DNA of 63,692 nucleotides, the filler included, from Octopus bimaculoides (taxonomy: Eukaryota): the NCBI RefSeq assembly GCF_001194135.2. It is 5 parts of 5 records of this genome, joined end to end, with 100 filler letters (N's around TTAATTAATTAA, not from the genome) between each part and the next. Parts side by side here need not be neighbours in the genome. Positions count along the whole stretch, not along the records: positions 20,960 to 35,961 come from NC_068994.1; positions 36,062 to 46,549 come from NC_069006.1; 3 more parts are not named here. One strand, written 5' to 3'. Each line of letters begins with the position of its first letter. Positions within the stretch are counted from its first letter, which is position 1. The notes below the pieces were generated by a model, which worked only from the letters and a program-made list of their open reading frames with translations, was not told the origin of the DNA and did no database searches. The position numbers were made by a program, and so were the translations under genes. Positions 34,150 to 46,649 of this stretch are shown here, one piece after another.

Positions 34150-36510
34150 NNNNNNNNNNNNNNNNNNNNNNNNNNNNNNNNNNNNNNNNNNNNNNNNNNN
34201 NNNNNNNNNNNNNNNNNNNNNNNNNNNNNNNNNNNNNNNNNNNNNNNNNNNNNNNNNNNNNNNNNNNNNNNNNNNNNNNNNNNNNNNNNNNNNNNNNNNN
34301 NNNNNNNNNNNNNNNNNNNNNNNNNNNNNNNNNNNNNNNNNNNNNNNNNNNNNNNNNNNNNNNNNNNNNNNNNNNNNNNNNNNNNNNNNNNNNNNNNNNN
34401 NNNNNNNNNNNNNNNNNNNNNNNNNNNNNNNNNNNNNNNNNNNNNNNNNNNNNNNNNNNNNNNNNNNNNNNNNNNNNNNNNNNNNNNNNNNNNNNNNNNN
34501 NNNNNNNNNNNNNNNNNNNNNNNNNNNNNNNNNNNNNNNNNNNNNNNNNNNNNNNNNNNNNNNNNNNNNNNNNNNNNNNNNNNNNNNNNNNNNNNNNNNN
34601 NNNNNNNNNNNNNNNNNNNNNNNNNNNNNNNNNNNNNNNNNNNNNNNNNNNNNNNNNNNNNNNNNNNNNNNNNNNNNNNNNNNNNNNNNNNNNNNNNNNN
34701 NNNNNNNNNNNNNNNNNNNNNNNNNNNNNNNNNNNNNNNNNNNNNNNNNNNNNNNNNNNNNNNNNNNNNNNNNNNNNNNNNNNNNNNNNNNNNNNNNNNN
34801 NNNNNNNNNNNNNNNNNNNNNNNNNNNNNNNNNNNNNNNNNNNNNNNNNNNNNNNNNNNNNNNNNNNNNNNNNNNNNNNNNNNNNNNNNNNNNNNNNNNN
34901 NNNNNNNNNNNNNNNNNNNNNNNNNNNNNNNNNNNNNNNNNNNNNNNNNNNNNNNNNNNNNNNNNNNNNNNNNNNNNNNNNNNNNNNNNNNNNNNNNNNN
35001 NNNNNNNNNNNNNNNNNNNNNNNNNNNNNNNNNNNNNNNNNATCTTTATTTATTGAATCATTTATTTACATGTGAATTTATTTATTTATTTATTTAATTG
35101 TTCATTTCTTTATTGTGAGAAAAATCTTTAAAAGTTTTTTTAAAAAGAGATATGAACGGGAGAGGGTATGGTGGTGGTGGTGGTGCTGGTGCTGTTTGGT
35201 GGATGGCATTAGTTTACAGAGAGAGAGGGGTGGAGGATGTCGTAGCGATGGTGATTGTGGTGGTGGTGGTGGAGTTTTACTGAATGAATAGGGAGTTGGT
35301 TGATGGCAGTGGAGGAGATAGCATGTTAAAGATTGCAGTAGAAGAAAGGGTGGTAACTGATGGCAATGTTGACAGTGGGAGTGTAATGATGATTGATGTG
35401 GTGGCGTTGGTGGCGATGGTGGTGAGGAGGGGATGGTGTTGGGTGATGGTAATGGTGGTAGTGTTGTTAGGGGGTGGAGTTATGATAATTCATGGTTATA
35501 TGAGAATGGTGGTGGTGGTGGTGGTTGAGAGGTTGTGACATGTCGATGTGATGGAGGTGTTAGTAAAAGTGAGAGAGAGAGGTTACATGGTGTGACAGTG
35601 TTAACATCAGGGGGTAGATATGTCAGTGGAACAAGTAGGGGGTGACTCTTCACTGCACCACCACCACCACCACCGCCAGCACTACACATGAGTAGCAGTG
35701 TTGGTGATAATGGTGCTGGAGAATACATGTGGTGGAGCTGGTGGTGGTGGTGGTGGTTCTAATAACTTATAGCATTTCATAACAATTTTGTAGGGAGGAG
35801 GCAGGGGTAGGAGCAGAAAGGTGGGGTGTGGGGGACTGTTGTAGGAATTGTGGAGGGGTGTAGTTTGTTTCGGGCATTTCTTGGTGATATTATTAGCAAC
35901 CACATACACTCTCTTTATCTCTCTCTCTCTCTCCCTCTCTCTCCCTCTCTCTCTCTCTCTCNNNNNNNNNNNNNNNNNNNNNNNNNNNNNNNNNNNNNNN
36001 NNNNNTTAATTAATTAANNNNNNNNNNNNNNNNNNNNNNNNNNNNNNNNNNNNNNNNNNNNAAAATGGGTAGGGGTGGGTAGGTACCGTCAGCGAGTAGA
36101 TAGGGCTCTTAATTGTAGATTTTAAATATTTGAGAGACAACAATGCATAAATTGTAATTTTTAAAAGAGCAATGAATTCTAGGTGAATAGAATATAACGT
36201 AGCATGAATTTAGGAAGCTTAGAAAATGAATAAGTATGAATTTAAGACAACTGAATTCAATTGAATTTCATGGAGAGAAACAAGATAAATAATAGAGGGC
36301 AGACTAAAGCGCGAAGGTATGAGATGTTTGAGGCCGTAAATAAATAAAAATCTCCATCTTATCTGCATCTTGGAGACTTCGTCGTAGTATGTCAGCGGAT
36401 ATATATATATATAAGGTAACATTCTTGGTTGTTTAGATAATTGTTATATTCATAGTATATTATAAATAAATGATTGGATTGTCACTTGTATCTCTCTCTA
36501 ATTTATTGTT

Positions 36511-36541
<31 letters not shown>

Positions 36542-36800
36542 GTTTATATACATACATATGTGTGTGTCGACTGTTGGGAGTTTGAAATACTGCTGTTTCT
36601 ATCAATATGGATGGGTGTGTGCAGCAACCAGCAAAATGATGTTGTTCATTATATCATAATCGTGTATAAAATAATGCAATTGATTGAATGGTGCTTGTAT
36701 TAAAAATAGAAAAAAGAAAACACCTCGTCTCTCTTTGAAACTGAATGTTATTTAAGATAATGCATTTGAAATAACTGCTGCATTTGTGTTTGTCCTTCAG

Positions 36801-36960
36801 TTGTCAGAATCTGACCAACAGCTGTATGAGAACTTTACACTCACCGTGTCTGACCGATGGCAACAAGAAATTACAGAGACTGTCTTCGACACTGTCAATG
36901 CCGAGACTGACAAGTTGGAAATGAAGAAAAAACCAAAGAGAGAAGACCAAATAGAAAAAG
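36801..36960 (+). CDS. GRK2: GRK2/3-type G protein-coupled receptor kinase, exon after the AGC C-tail (phase 0 to 1)
   Basis: TCCTTCAG| acceptor and AAAG|GTCAG donor. [40 protein letters not shown] matches GRK2 [40 protein letters not shown]. Confidence 0.93.
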
Positions 36961-37224
36961 GTCAGAGGTCGTTTCATTCCTGTCTGTCTGTCTGTCTTTG
37001 TGTGGTTTTGTGCTGATAGTGTTGTTTTGGTAGTAGGGTTTGAGATGGGGATGGAGGGGAGACGTCGTGTGACTGAAACTGACTGGAAATGTATGCTGCT
37101 GAAATTAGTGTATCTTTTATGCCATCAAATCTAATATTAATTTTAAAATGAAGAATTAGTAAAAGCCTTCATCTAACAGAAATCAATCAATTTACTTTAG
37201 TCAATATAAATCACCTTTTATCTT

Positions 37225-37567
37225 TTCAGTCATTCGACTATGGCCATGCTGAAGCATCGCTTTGAAGGGCTTTAGTCACACAAATCAACCCCAGGGCTTA
37301 TTTTCTGAAGCCTAGTACTTATTTTATTGGTCGCTTTTACTGAACTGCTAAGTTACAGGGATGTAAACACACCATCACCAGTTGTCAAGCAGTGGTGAAG
37401 GAACAAACAGACACACACACACATATATATACATATACATACACAACAAGCTTCTTTCAGTTTCCATCTACAAGAGCCACTCACAATGTTTTGGTCAGCC
37501 CAAGACTATAGTAGAAGATATTTGGCCAATGTGACAGACAAGCTTCTTACCACATAACCATGCCTGT
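37225..37567 (-). mobile_element. SINE family 2, diverged, intronic
   Basis: Family head and tail motifs. Confidence 0.75.
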
Positions 37568-40464
37568 GTGGATTTTATTTCCAATCGTTTTAGTCACTAA
37601 AACCATGTAAGGGTTATAGTCTCTTATACAGAGATATAATTCTAAAATACTTTAATCTGTAAAACTATATAGATGTATATTTTCTGATTTATAAATATAA
37701 TTTAAAATACTTCAGTCAATAAAACTATGTAGAGGTATAAATATAAAATAAGATATTTTAGTCAGTGACACTATCTAATGGTTATATTTTCTAATTAATA
37801 AATATAATTCTAAAAATATGGGCTGTGGTTCTTGAACAGAAAGAAAATATCAGATATGTCTCTGTTACGAAACAACAGGGACAACCTTGATATATATTGT
37901 GTGTGTGTATTGTTTATATTAGTTATATATCTCTCGTAAGCAGGGTTTGTGTGTGTGTGTGTGTTGTGGTACATTGTTGTATTTTAAATGTGATCTGTTA
38001 TTTCATGAAAATCTTTAATATTTATTGTGGTCTCTTGTATGTTTAACTGTTTTTTTTGTTTCGATTAAGTTTGGAAATTAGGAAGAATTTACTAAAATAA
38101 CCTTGTCATTAATTAAGCTAGTGTTTTAGAAAATAAATTAGCATGAAATTCTGATGGAAGGTTTTAATTTAGATCATTTCAGAAAAGCAAGTTTGTGTCA
38201 TAGAAATAAGGGGAGATCTTGGTTAGGTTTGTATCAAAAGGGTTAATTGATAGAGTAATATTTTCACAGTGTTACTAAGTCACTTATCTTTTGTCCATGC
38301 CTAAATCTACAGTCAATGCCAGCTTTCTTGCCCCTGTCCCCCACCACCACCATCTTGAAAATGAGATAGGACTTGTATTTAAACAAAGAGTCATTGTAAA
38401 TATGAAATACATTGTTGTTACCTACAAATTTTCAAAATATGGAACAAGCCAGCTTCAAAGGAAATATTCAAATGAAAGATTAAATTACATTTGATGAGAT
38501 TCACATCCACGATGCTTTTCGTGTTCTACTGTTAACAACCAAATTCTTTTATAAATCCATTGCCCATCACTGCTGAGCTGAGCGTTTTCAGGTCGGTCTT
38601 AATCAGCATTAGCTTGATAATTGAATCAGCAATGATAGAATTGACAAAGACAGAACCTAACAAAATTTGCGATTAAAACTGCCGCCACAATGGTCTTTTA
38701 TTTAATTTTGCCATGAAGTGTCCTTGATGACTGGAGTCTAGTTTTCTGCGTCGTTAAATAGCAGTTACAAACTAAATTGAATCTCCCTTCTGGTTAAAAT
38801 CTAGTGCCTCTAGCAAATTTAACTACAAAGCATTAGAATAAAATATCTTCAAATGCTCACAGTTGATAGGTCAATAAGTTATCTAATCAGACATTTCACA
38901 TTTAGCAATCATTCAGGATCAAATGGATGGCTTCATTTTAGAAGATGATTTAACAATAATTAACAAATAAGTGTTAATTATCATCAGAGAATGTTAAATC
39001 ATTATTCTTTTTTTTTTTTTTTTTTTTTTNNNNNNNNNNNNNNNNNNNNNNNNNNNNNNNNNNNNNNNNNNNNNNNNNNNNNNNNNNNNNNNNNNNNNNN
39101 NNNNNNNNNNNNNNNNNNNNNNNNNNNNNNNNNNNNNNNNNNNNNNNNNNNNNNNNNNNNNNNNNNNNNNNNNNNNNNNNNNNNNNNNNNNNNNNNNNNN
39201 NNNNNNNNNNNNNNNNNNNNNNNNNNNNNNNNNNNNNNNNNNNNNNNNNNNNNNNNNNNNNNNNNNNNNNNNNNNNNNNNNNNNNNNNNNNNNNNNNNNN
39301 NNNNNNNNNNNNNNNNNNNNNNNNNNNNNNNNNNNNNNNNNNNNNNNNNNNNNNNNNNNNNNNNNNNNNNNNNNNNNNNNNNNNNNNNNNNNNNNNNNNN
39401 NNNNNNNNNNNNNNNNNNNNNNNNNNNNNNNNNNNNNNNNCAGACACACACACATTTACTGTAAAATTATTAAAACCTGGTAAAAATGTTTAGAAATGCC
39501 AGATATTACCAACTGACCCTTAATGTTTTATTAACATGTTCTTTCTTTCTTTTTCTCTTTTTCTTTTTCTTTTCCGTTGGGTGCGGCGGGGGGGCTTTTG
39601 TCTCTTCTCTCAACTTTCATCCTTACGTTTGAGGTAAGTTTTGTTTGCAGTCAGTCTTCAACAGACTAGTTTACCCTCCATGCTCTTGTCCCAATTTCCA
39701 AAAACCTCGATGGCACAAACATGTGTTGTATGTGTGTGTATATATATGTGTGTTTAAAATATATATACAATATATGTATGTATATATACATACACACACA
39801 CACACATACAGACACTGCACTAATTTGCAGGAATCACTACTTCGCAGGTGACAATTTTACTATCTCTTCTCTGCCCCTATCTTACCACCCACCTACCAGA
39901 CAATGGGTTAGTCCATAGAAACGGTTGATTAAAGTATCATGGGATAAGTAATAAAAGGAATATTTAGTGGCTGTGAGTTCAATACCTGGGTGGGTTAATT
40001 TATATACAGTGATTCGAGCAGAGCAAACAAACAACATCATAACTAGGAGGGGGCGGTTGTCCCAGATATGGACAGTAAAATGATGAAACTACCCTACCCT
40101 ACCCCTGTAAATAGAATAAGAGATTTGGTTCGAAATACTGCACACAACAAGGATTTGAGGAGGGCCTGGGGTTCAATGACTGAAACATTTTGACTCAACA
40201 ACCAAGATAAGGACGCTCCTAATAAAAGAACTGCTTGCTATTATTGTAATTAGTTCTGGGGGATCTTATTTTTGTCTTATTAAAACCTCAGAGACTGTTT
40301 AGGAAGAAATTACTGAATATCAAAGACACGGTTTGCTCTGCTGGGGATTGTGTAGGTTTCCTCTCGTTTCTAGGCTGGCGTGGAGGGTGTCATCTGTTTG
40401 TAGTTGCGACTGTTCCGCTCAATCCACCTCTACAGTGTCGTGAAGTGTTTGCCTGGTTTTTCAG

Positions 40465-40985
40465 GTCGTGTTCCACTGCCCAAGCGCTCCAGCATGGCAT
40501 CAATTGTGATGACCTATCTGCACATTAAGCACATGTCCACCATGTTCCTCATGTGCTCTCGCCACGGTCCGTCATACGCTTTAGATGACGACGGCACGTA
40601 CGAACCTGCAGACGAGAACGGCAACAGGAACCAAATCGAGGCTTCCCTTCCTGCCTCCATCACCAACTTGACAACAAATAGAACCACTGACGACTACGAA
40701 ACAACATCCGAGTGCCTCCTTCATCAGCAACACATTCCTTCTCCCTCCCAGTCTTCTTTCTCTTCTCTCCTTCTTCCTCCTCCTCCTGTTCATTCTTCTC
40801 TTCCCTCTACTCATCCTCATCAGCAGCATAGTCCTCAGGATAATCAAAACAACAACTTCTGTGACCAACAACACAATCATTTCCGCTTATTACATCTTTT
40901 CAATCGATCTGATCATGAACCTCTGCCTTCAACAGAAGGTAATACTGACCACAAATTAGCAACAACACTAATTGCCCAACACTAA
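40465..40985 (+). CDS. candidate alternative terminal exon of the GRK (PH-less isoform)
   Basis: GGTTTTTCAG|GT acceptor in the same phase 1 as exon 44094. Open for 172 codons after the junction Gly. Coding-like GC content. AATAAA at 41068-41073. Confidence 0.4.
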
Positions 40986-42246
40986 TCACTCCAACAGCTC
41001 TTCCCATTTTCCCAGTGTTGCAATTGCACAAATTCTTCACCTACACATTTTTCATTCTTCCCTTTTAAATAAACATAGGTTGTGCACACTTTCTCAATTT
41101 CTGCCGATAAACAGAAACATTTCTATCAACAATGTTCCATAGTTGATCTTATTAGCATTTATAATTCCTGGTGTTTCACTGCAATTCCTGTTACATCTCT
41201 CTTTCCCGCTCTCAGTTCACAGCTGAGCCCCTTTTTTCCAGAGTTTCTCCCTTCGTGTTTCTTTTCTCATATTTTTCCCTTCAAAAGAAACCCAACCCCA
41301 AATTCCTCTGCCTCTCTAGCTCCTTGAGGGCTCTCTCTCCTTCCAATGGTCACAGGAACCCTTGTCTCACTCCAAGACTCCCAAAGCTGCCACTGCACCT
41401 CAGATGTATTTTAGAACATTCCTCGTTTTTATTATAAAGAACTACGATGTTTTGCTTTGACTTCTTCATTCATCTTTTATCTTTCCTCTAACAATAATTC
41501 CTCCTGTTGTCTGCCAATTAAAAATTTGCTAGGAAATTCCTTTGTAGAAATCCCCATTACAAGATTATTTCACCATCCAACACTCCAGTGAATTCTGTAG
41601 AAATGTCTAGAAGTTTTAGATAACCAGGGAAACATGGTTTTCTCCATTTCACTGAAATAGTGTAGTTGTCGCACAATGATGTACTTTTTATGTATGTTTT
41701 TCATTGTACTTTTATGTAACCTACTAAAATGTGTTGAGTAATTCTTCAGTTTCATGTTAAATTCTTTTATATAGTTTGACATAAAAACAAACACTAACAT
41801 GTTTGTGTATATATGTATGTATATGAAATATTGTTGGTCTTCTTGTTGAATCACTTTTGATTACAATCTCTATTGTTTTTACATTGATCTGCTGGTTTTG
41901 TTTTATTTTCAATTGCTTCGTTTTTCAGATTTTGTCAATTGTTTTATATTCTAATGTTAACATTGGAAATTATTAAACTTTACAGCATCTAAGAACTGGT
42001 GTGTGTGTGTGTGTGTGTCTAAACTTTGATGTCATTGTTTTGTTGGATAAAGAGAAAGAGCTGCCCATTTCTCTAATTCCTTGTCTAATTCCCCACAATT
42101 CTTTGTCTAGCCTTGTTCTATTATTTGTGTTGCAAAAAAGTGACAGTGATTGTGTGATTATCTCCCAAATCTAGATCAGGGGACTTATGAAAGAATCATA
42201 GGAATGCCAAACAGACAGAGAAGAAAAAATGGGCATTAATACTGAG

Positions 42247-42425
42247 GGTCAAATTTGCCCTTTCATTCTTCTTGTCCAGAACAAATATGCCCTTTCATCC
42301 ATCTTAACTAGGTCTAATATGCCCTTTCATCCATCCTAGATGGGTCAAATGTGCTTTTTTTGTCCTTCATGGATAGGTTGATATTTGCCCTTCATCCTTG
42401 CAATGTGGGGCCAAGTTTACCTTTT
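42247..42425. repeat. diverged ~35-bp minisatellite resembling the SINE family 1 core
   Basis: About six GGTCAAAT(A/T)TGCCCTTTCATCC-like units, similar to SINE GGTCGACTTTGCCTTTCATCC. Confidence 0.6.
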
Positions 42426-42945
42426 ATTCTTCTGTCACCAATAAAATTAACCCCCAGTTATTTACTGGGCTCAATTTTCTGGACAGTTTTTCCCCCTTTC
42501 CCCAAATACACCCTGCCTCCACGTGTGTATGTATATTAAACACCATCAAAAGGTAACATAATCATTTTGACTGATTGAAGTCAAACCTATTGTGTTTTGA
42601 CATTGCTCACAGCAGCAAGGATGGAAGGAAGGAAGGAAGAAAGGAAGGAATAAGACTTCACAGTTGTTTCATGTTGGACATTGAACACATAATTAGGAGA
42701 CAGAATATTTAGTAATCAATAAATATGTCTCTATATTAGTATTTCCATGTGTGTGTGTGGATAGGTATATATAAATATGGCTACTTGCATATGTGTGTAT
42801 GTATTGTGTTCATATATGTGTGTGTTTTAAATATATTTCCTGTATGTTCTGTGTGCAGGCACATATAACTTAATATTGGTATATCTGTGTATGTAGTGTG
42901 TGCATGTGGTCTGTAGATGCATATATAAATATGTATTTGTGTATA

Positions 42946-42979
<34 letters not shown>

Positions 42980-42989
42980 NNNNNNNNNN

Positions 42990-43029
<40 letters not shown>

Positions 43030-43510
43030 CCTGTGTGTATTATATATATAGGCAATATATATATATATATACTCACACATGTGAGTGCATTGTATATAGG
43101 CATATATATGCACACACACACACACATATATATATATATACACACATGTATGTATTGTATATATATGCATATACACAAATATAAATAATTGTCTTTGTAA
43201 GAAGCTGGGTTGTTTTTTTTCTTTTTGTTTGTTTTCTTTTTGCATTGTTTTTCTTTTTTTTTTCGCTTTATTCTTGTTGCTTATGTAATGTCCTGCTTTG
43301 ATGACCAGTTTTTTTATTTGTTATGTCAGACTGATGGACTTGAGCTGTTAGCTATACAATGGTGTCTGCCACCAAAGGATTGGCTTATGAACCGATATTG
43401 TTGTTCATCTGCTTTTACACACACATACACATGTGTTTGTGAGTGTATACATATGTGTGTGTGTCTATGTATGTGAGTGCGTGTATATATATATGTGTGT
43501 GTGTGTGTGA

Positions 43511-43546
<36 letters not shown>

Positions 43547-43793
43547 GTAGTAATGAGTTGCTGCCAGTACTTAAGCCACAGCAATGTCTATCTCCTTTTG
43601 CTGCCCCCCCCCTTTATCTTTGTTTCTGTCAACATCTATGTCTGTGTGTCCTTGTCCTTGTTTCAGTGCTCCAGTCTGACATAACTGTAGAGTGTAACAA
43701 GGTGTCTGCAACAAGTGAACCCAAGTTAATGCTTTGGGAACTCTGCAAAGGATTTGTATATTTCCAAGCAAGATTGTTTTCTGCAGATGCTCT

Positions 43794-43827
<34 letters not shown>

Positions 43828-44093
43828 CAAGGGAGTGAGCTGGCAGAATTGTTAGCATGCTGGGCGAAATGTTTAGACACATTTTGTCTGTCCTTACATT
43901 CTGAGTTCACTTTCCAACGAGGTCGACTTTGCCTTTCATCCTTTCGGGGTCGATAAAACAAGTACCAGTTGAATACTGGGGGTTGATGTAATCGACTTAC
44001 CCTCCGTCCTGAAATTGCTGGCCTTGTGCTAAAATTTTAAATCATCATCATTATTATTATTGTTATTATTATTGTTCTCTTTCTCGCAAACAG

Positions 44094-44242
44094 GTACAGA
44101 TGTGATTGTGGAAGGAGAGATCTTAAAGCTTGGTGGTCCGTTCTTAAATTCGTGGCAAAAGAGGCACTTACGGCTCTACCCCAACCGTTTAGAATTTTAC
44201 CAGAAGAACCGAGATGGCGGTATACAGAAAAATAAAGTAGAG
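44094..44242 (+). CDS. GRK2: GRK PH-domain exon 1 (phase 1 to 0)
   Basis: AAACAG| acceptor and GAG|GTGAGT donor. (G)TDVIVEGEILKLGGPFLNSWQKRHLRLYPNRLEF matches GRK2 [33 protein letters not shown]. Confidence 0.93.
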
Positions 44243-44818
44243 GTGAGTCTGTTTTACATTTGGTGCAAGGCCTCTGTAATGCATTAGTTCAATGGCTTGA
44301 ATTAGTTTAGCTCTCAAAACCAAGTAAGAATGAAAACAGGTAAACTTACCTTCCACCCTTCATTAGCTGAGAGGGGCTGGTGACGAGCAGGACATATTAA
44401 CAATGTTGTCCTCACACTTATGGGAAACAGTTGTGTTAGATTGTAAAACCATCCATCATCTGGGAATACAATGGGGAAAAAAAAATGGAAGAAGACTATG
44501 ATGAACATAATAAATATATTTCTAACAGAGAAAATATTGTGAATAATACTTTCTCCATCTTCTTTAATCATTGTCACTGCATTGTCTGAAATTAAAATAC
44601 TTCAAATTAAAAAGTGGGGGGGGGGAGATTTGTTAAAGTATTACTTTGTAATTGTAACAAAATTGTGAGAAAATTATCGTCTATTGTAATTATTGGTTAA
44701 TTATCATAAAGTAATTATAATTAATGCAACATCTGTTGATCATGAATTGTTTTGAATGATCCTCCCTCTCTTCATGCACTCACTCTCTCTCTCTCTCTTT
44801 TTCTTGCTTCCGTTTCAG

Positions 44819-44935
44819 CTTATAACTATGTACGACATAAAAGAAGTCTGCCACGAATTCCAGAAACTGAACAAAACAGACAACTGCATTGTGATGGTAT
44901 TAAAGAATGAAACCAAGTTGGTAATAACCTCCCCG
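44819..44935 (+). CDS. GRK2: GRK PH-domain exon 2 (phase 0 to 0)
   Basis: TTTCAG| acceptor and CCG|GTGAGT donor. LITMYDIKEVCHEFQKLNKTDNCIVMVLKNETKLVITSP aligns to GRK2 LLTMEEIQSV...KCLLLKIRGGKQFILQC. Confidence 0.9.
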
Positions 44936-45181
44936 GTGAGTGGCACATCTTGTCAACATTCTTGAGAAATATGTGTCTGTATGTGTTTATATATGCATGT
45001 GTAAGTAGATGTAATTGGTTTTGTTGGTGTCGTGGTTTACATTTTTAGTCCCATTCCAGCGTGGTCCCTATTTTAAGGACAGTTATAATTATTGCTGGAA
45101 GTTGTTTCAGTCTGATTTCTGTTGTTAGTATCTGATGATGCTGAATTGTAATTCCTGTTATTTCTGTTTGTACTTCTACAG

Positions 45182-45328
45182 GATAAAGTGATAATACACC
45201 AGTGGAAGGAAGAGATATTAGGAGGGTTCCGGGCCTCCACGAAAATGCAGTCGAAAATGAACAAGAAGGCCAGTAAGCTTTACGGAGCTGACATCCCAAT
45301 TGAACACAGGAATAGCAATGGCAGTTAG
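45182..45328 (+). CDS. GRK2: GRK terminal exon (PH C-terminal helix and tail)
   Basis: TTCTACAG| acceptor. DKVIIHQWKEEILGGFRASTKMQSKMNKKASKLYGADIPIEHRNSNGS* contains the PH-helix QWK, and RNSNGS* parallels GRK2 RGSANGL*. Confidence 0.9.
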   Translation, partial: DKVIIHQWKEEILGGFRASTKMQSKMNKKASKLYGADIPIEHRNSNGS

Positions 45329-46114
45329 AAGCACTGTTCTCCTTAGCAAAAACGGCGGCGCTAGAGACTTCTAGATTGGAAATAATGTTGCCAACCATTT
45401 TTAAACCCAGTGCAAGGGGGGAGGGGAAGAGGGGGATGTTGGTGTTAATTCATTTTTGACCTCCACCCCACCCCCCTTGTCTTTCCACATCTCTTTCTTT
45501 CTCTTGCTCTCCCATCACACCAAAGCAGCAAAAAGATGAAAAAAAAATGAATAAAAAAAAATATAATGCAGACATGCATATATATGCAGTCACATAGACA
45601 TATATATATATAAATATATATAAATATATAGATGCATACAAAGTATTTATTTAAGAGTAACATTTTTAGAAACCAGCCAATTTTAGTCGGCCAATGCAAC
45701 TGGAAATCAAAGACCAACCCCCACCAAGAATTCATGTCTTGTTAATTAATTAATTAATTCTGGACTAATTTTTGGTAGGGGGGAAGTCAGAAATTTTTCC
45801 TTTTTTTTTTTTCTTTTCCTTTCTCCCTTTTCTTGTCTCGGTTGTCTTGTTTACTTTATTCTAAATGTTGATGTGGGTGTTGAAATTTTTTGTCTCACAA
45901 ATGTGTGTGTGTGCATGTGTGTGTGTATATATATAGGTGTATATATATTTATATATATGACAGTATTGTTCAACCAACAAATTAGAATTTTCTGTCAACT
46001 TCAGAAGATACAGCATAAAAAAAGACACTTGTTGATATATGTATGTATATATATATATATATTCATATATATGTGTGCGTATATTTATATGTATATATAC
46101 ACACACACATACAC

Positions 46115-46146
<32 letters not shown>

Positions 46147-46301
46147 ATGTGTATATATGCATACATATATATATACACATATTCCTGTGCTGGTATTTAG
46201 ATGATGCATTTTTCTTTGATAGAGAGAAGGAAAAAAAATAGTCAGATGAGAAAGATAGGAAATGAAACAAATTTGTACAAATGGTGAAAAATATATATAT
46301 A

Positions 46302-46339
<38 letters not shown>

Positions 46340-46649
46340 CATACAAAGAAAATATAACCTAAATTGTTTTCTTTTTGCAATGAAGTTTAACTACAAAACA
46401 AACTTTTTTTTTTTCTCTTGTCTCTTGCACTCTCAAAATTTGAACCCTGGGGGACAAAGACTAACCAATTCTTCAGCTTGGTTTAAATGTTCACCAAATT
46501 GCTTCACTTGAACTCACTTTGAATATATTGAATCTCTTGTGTCTCTCTCNNNNNNNNNNNNNNNNNNNNNNNNNNNNNNNNNNNNNNNNNNNNTTAATTA
46601 ATTAANNNNNNNNNNNNNNNNNNNNNNNNNNNNNNNNNNNNNNNNNNNN

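Noticed and set aside
42781-43956. Many IY/HT/CV-rich ORFs here and across the window
   Set aside because: Translations of (TA)n and (CA)n microsatellites.
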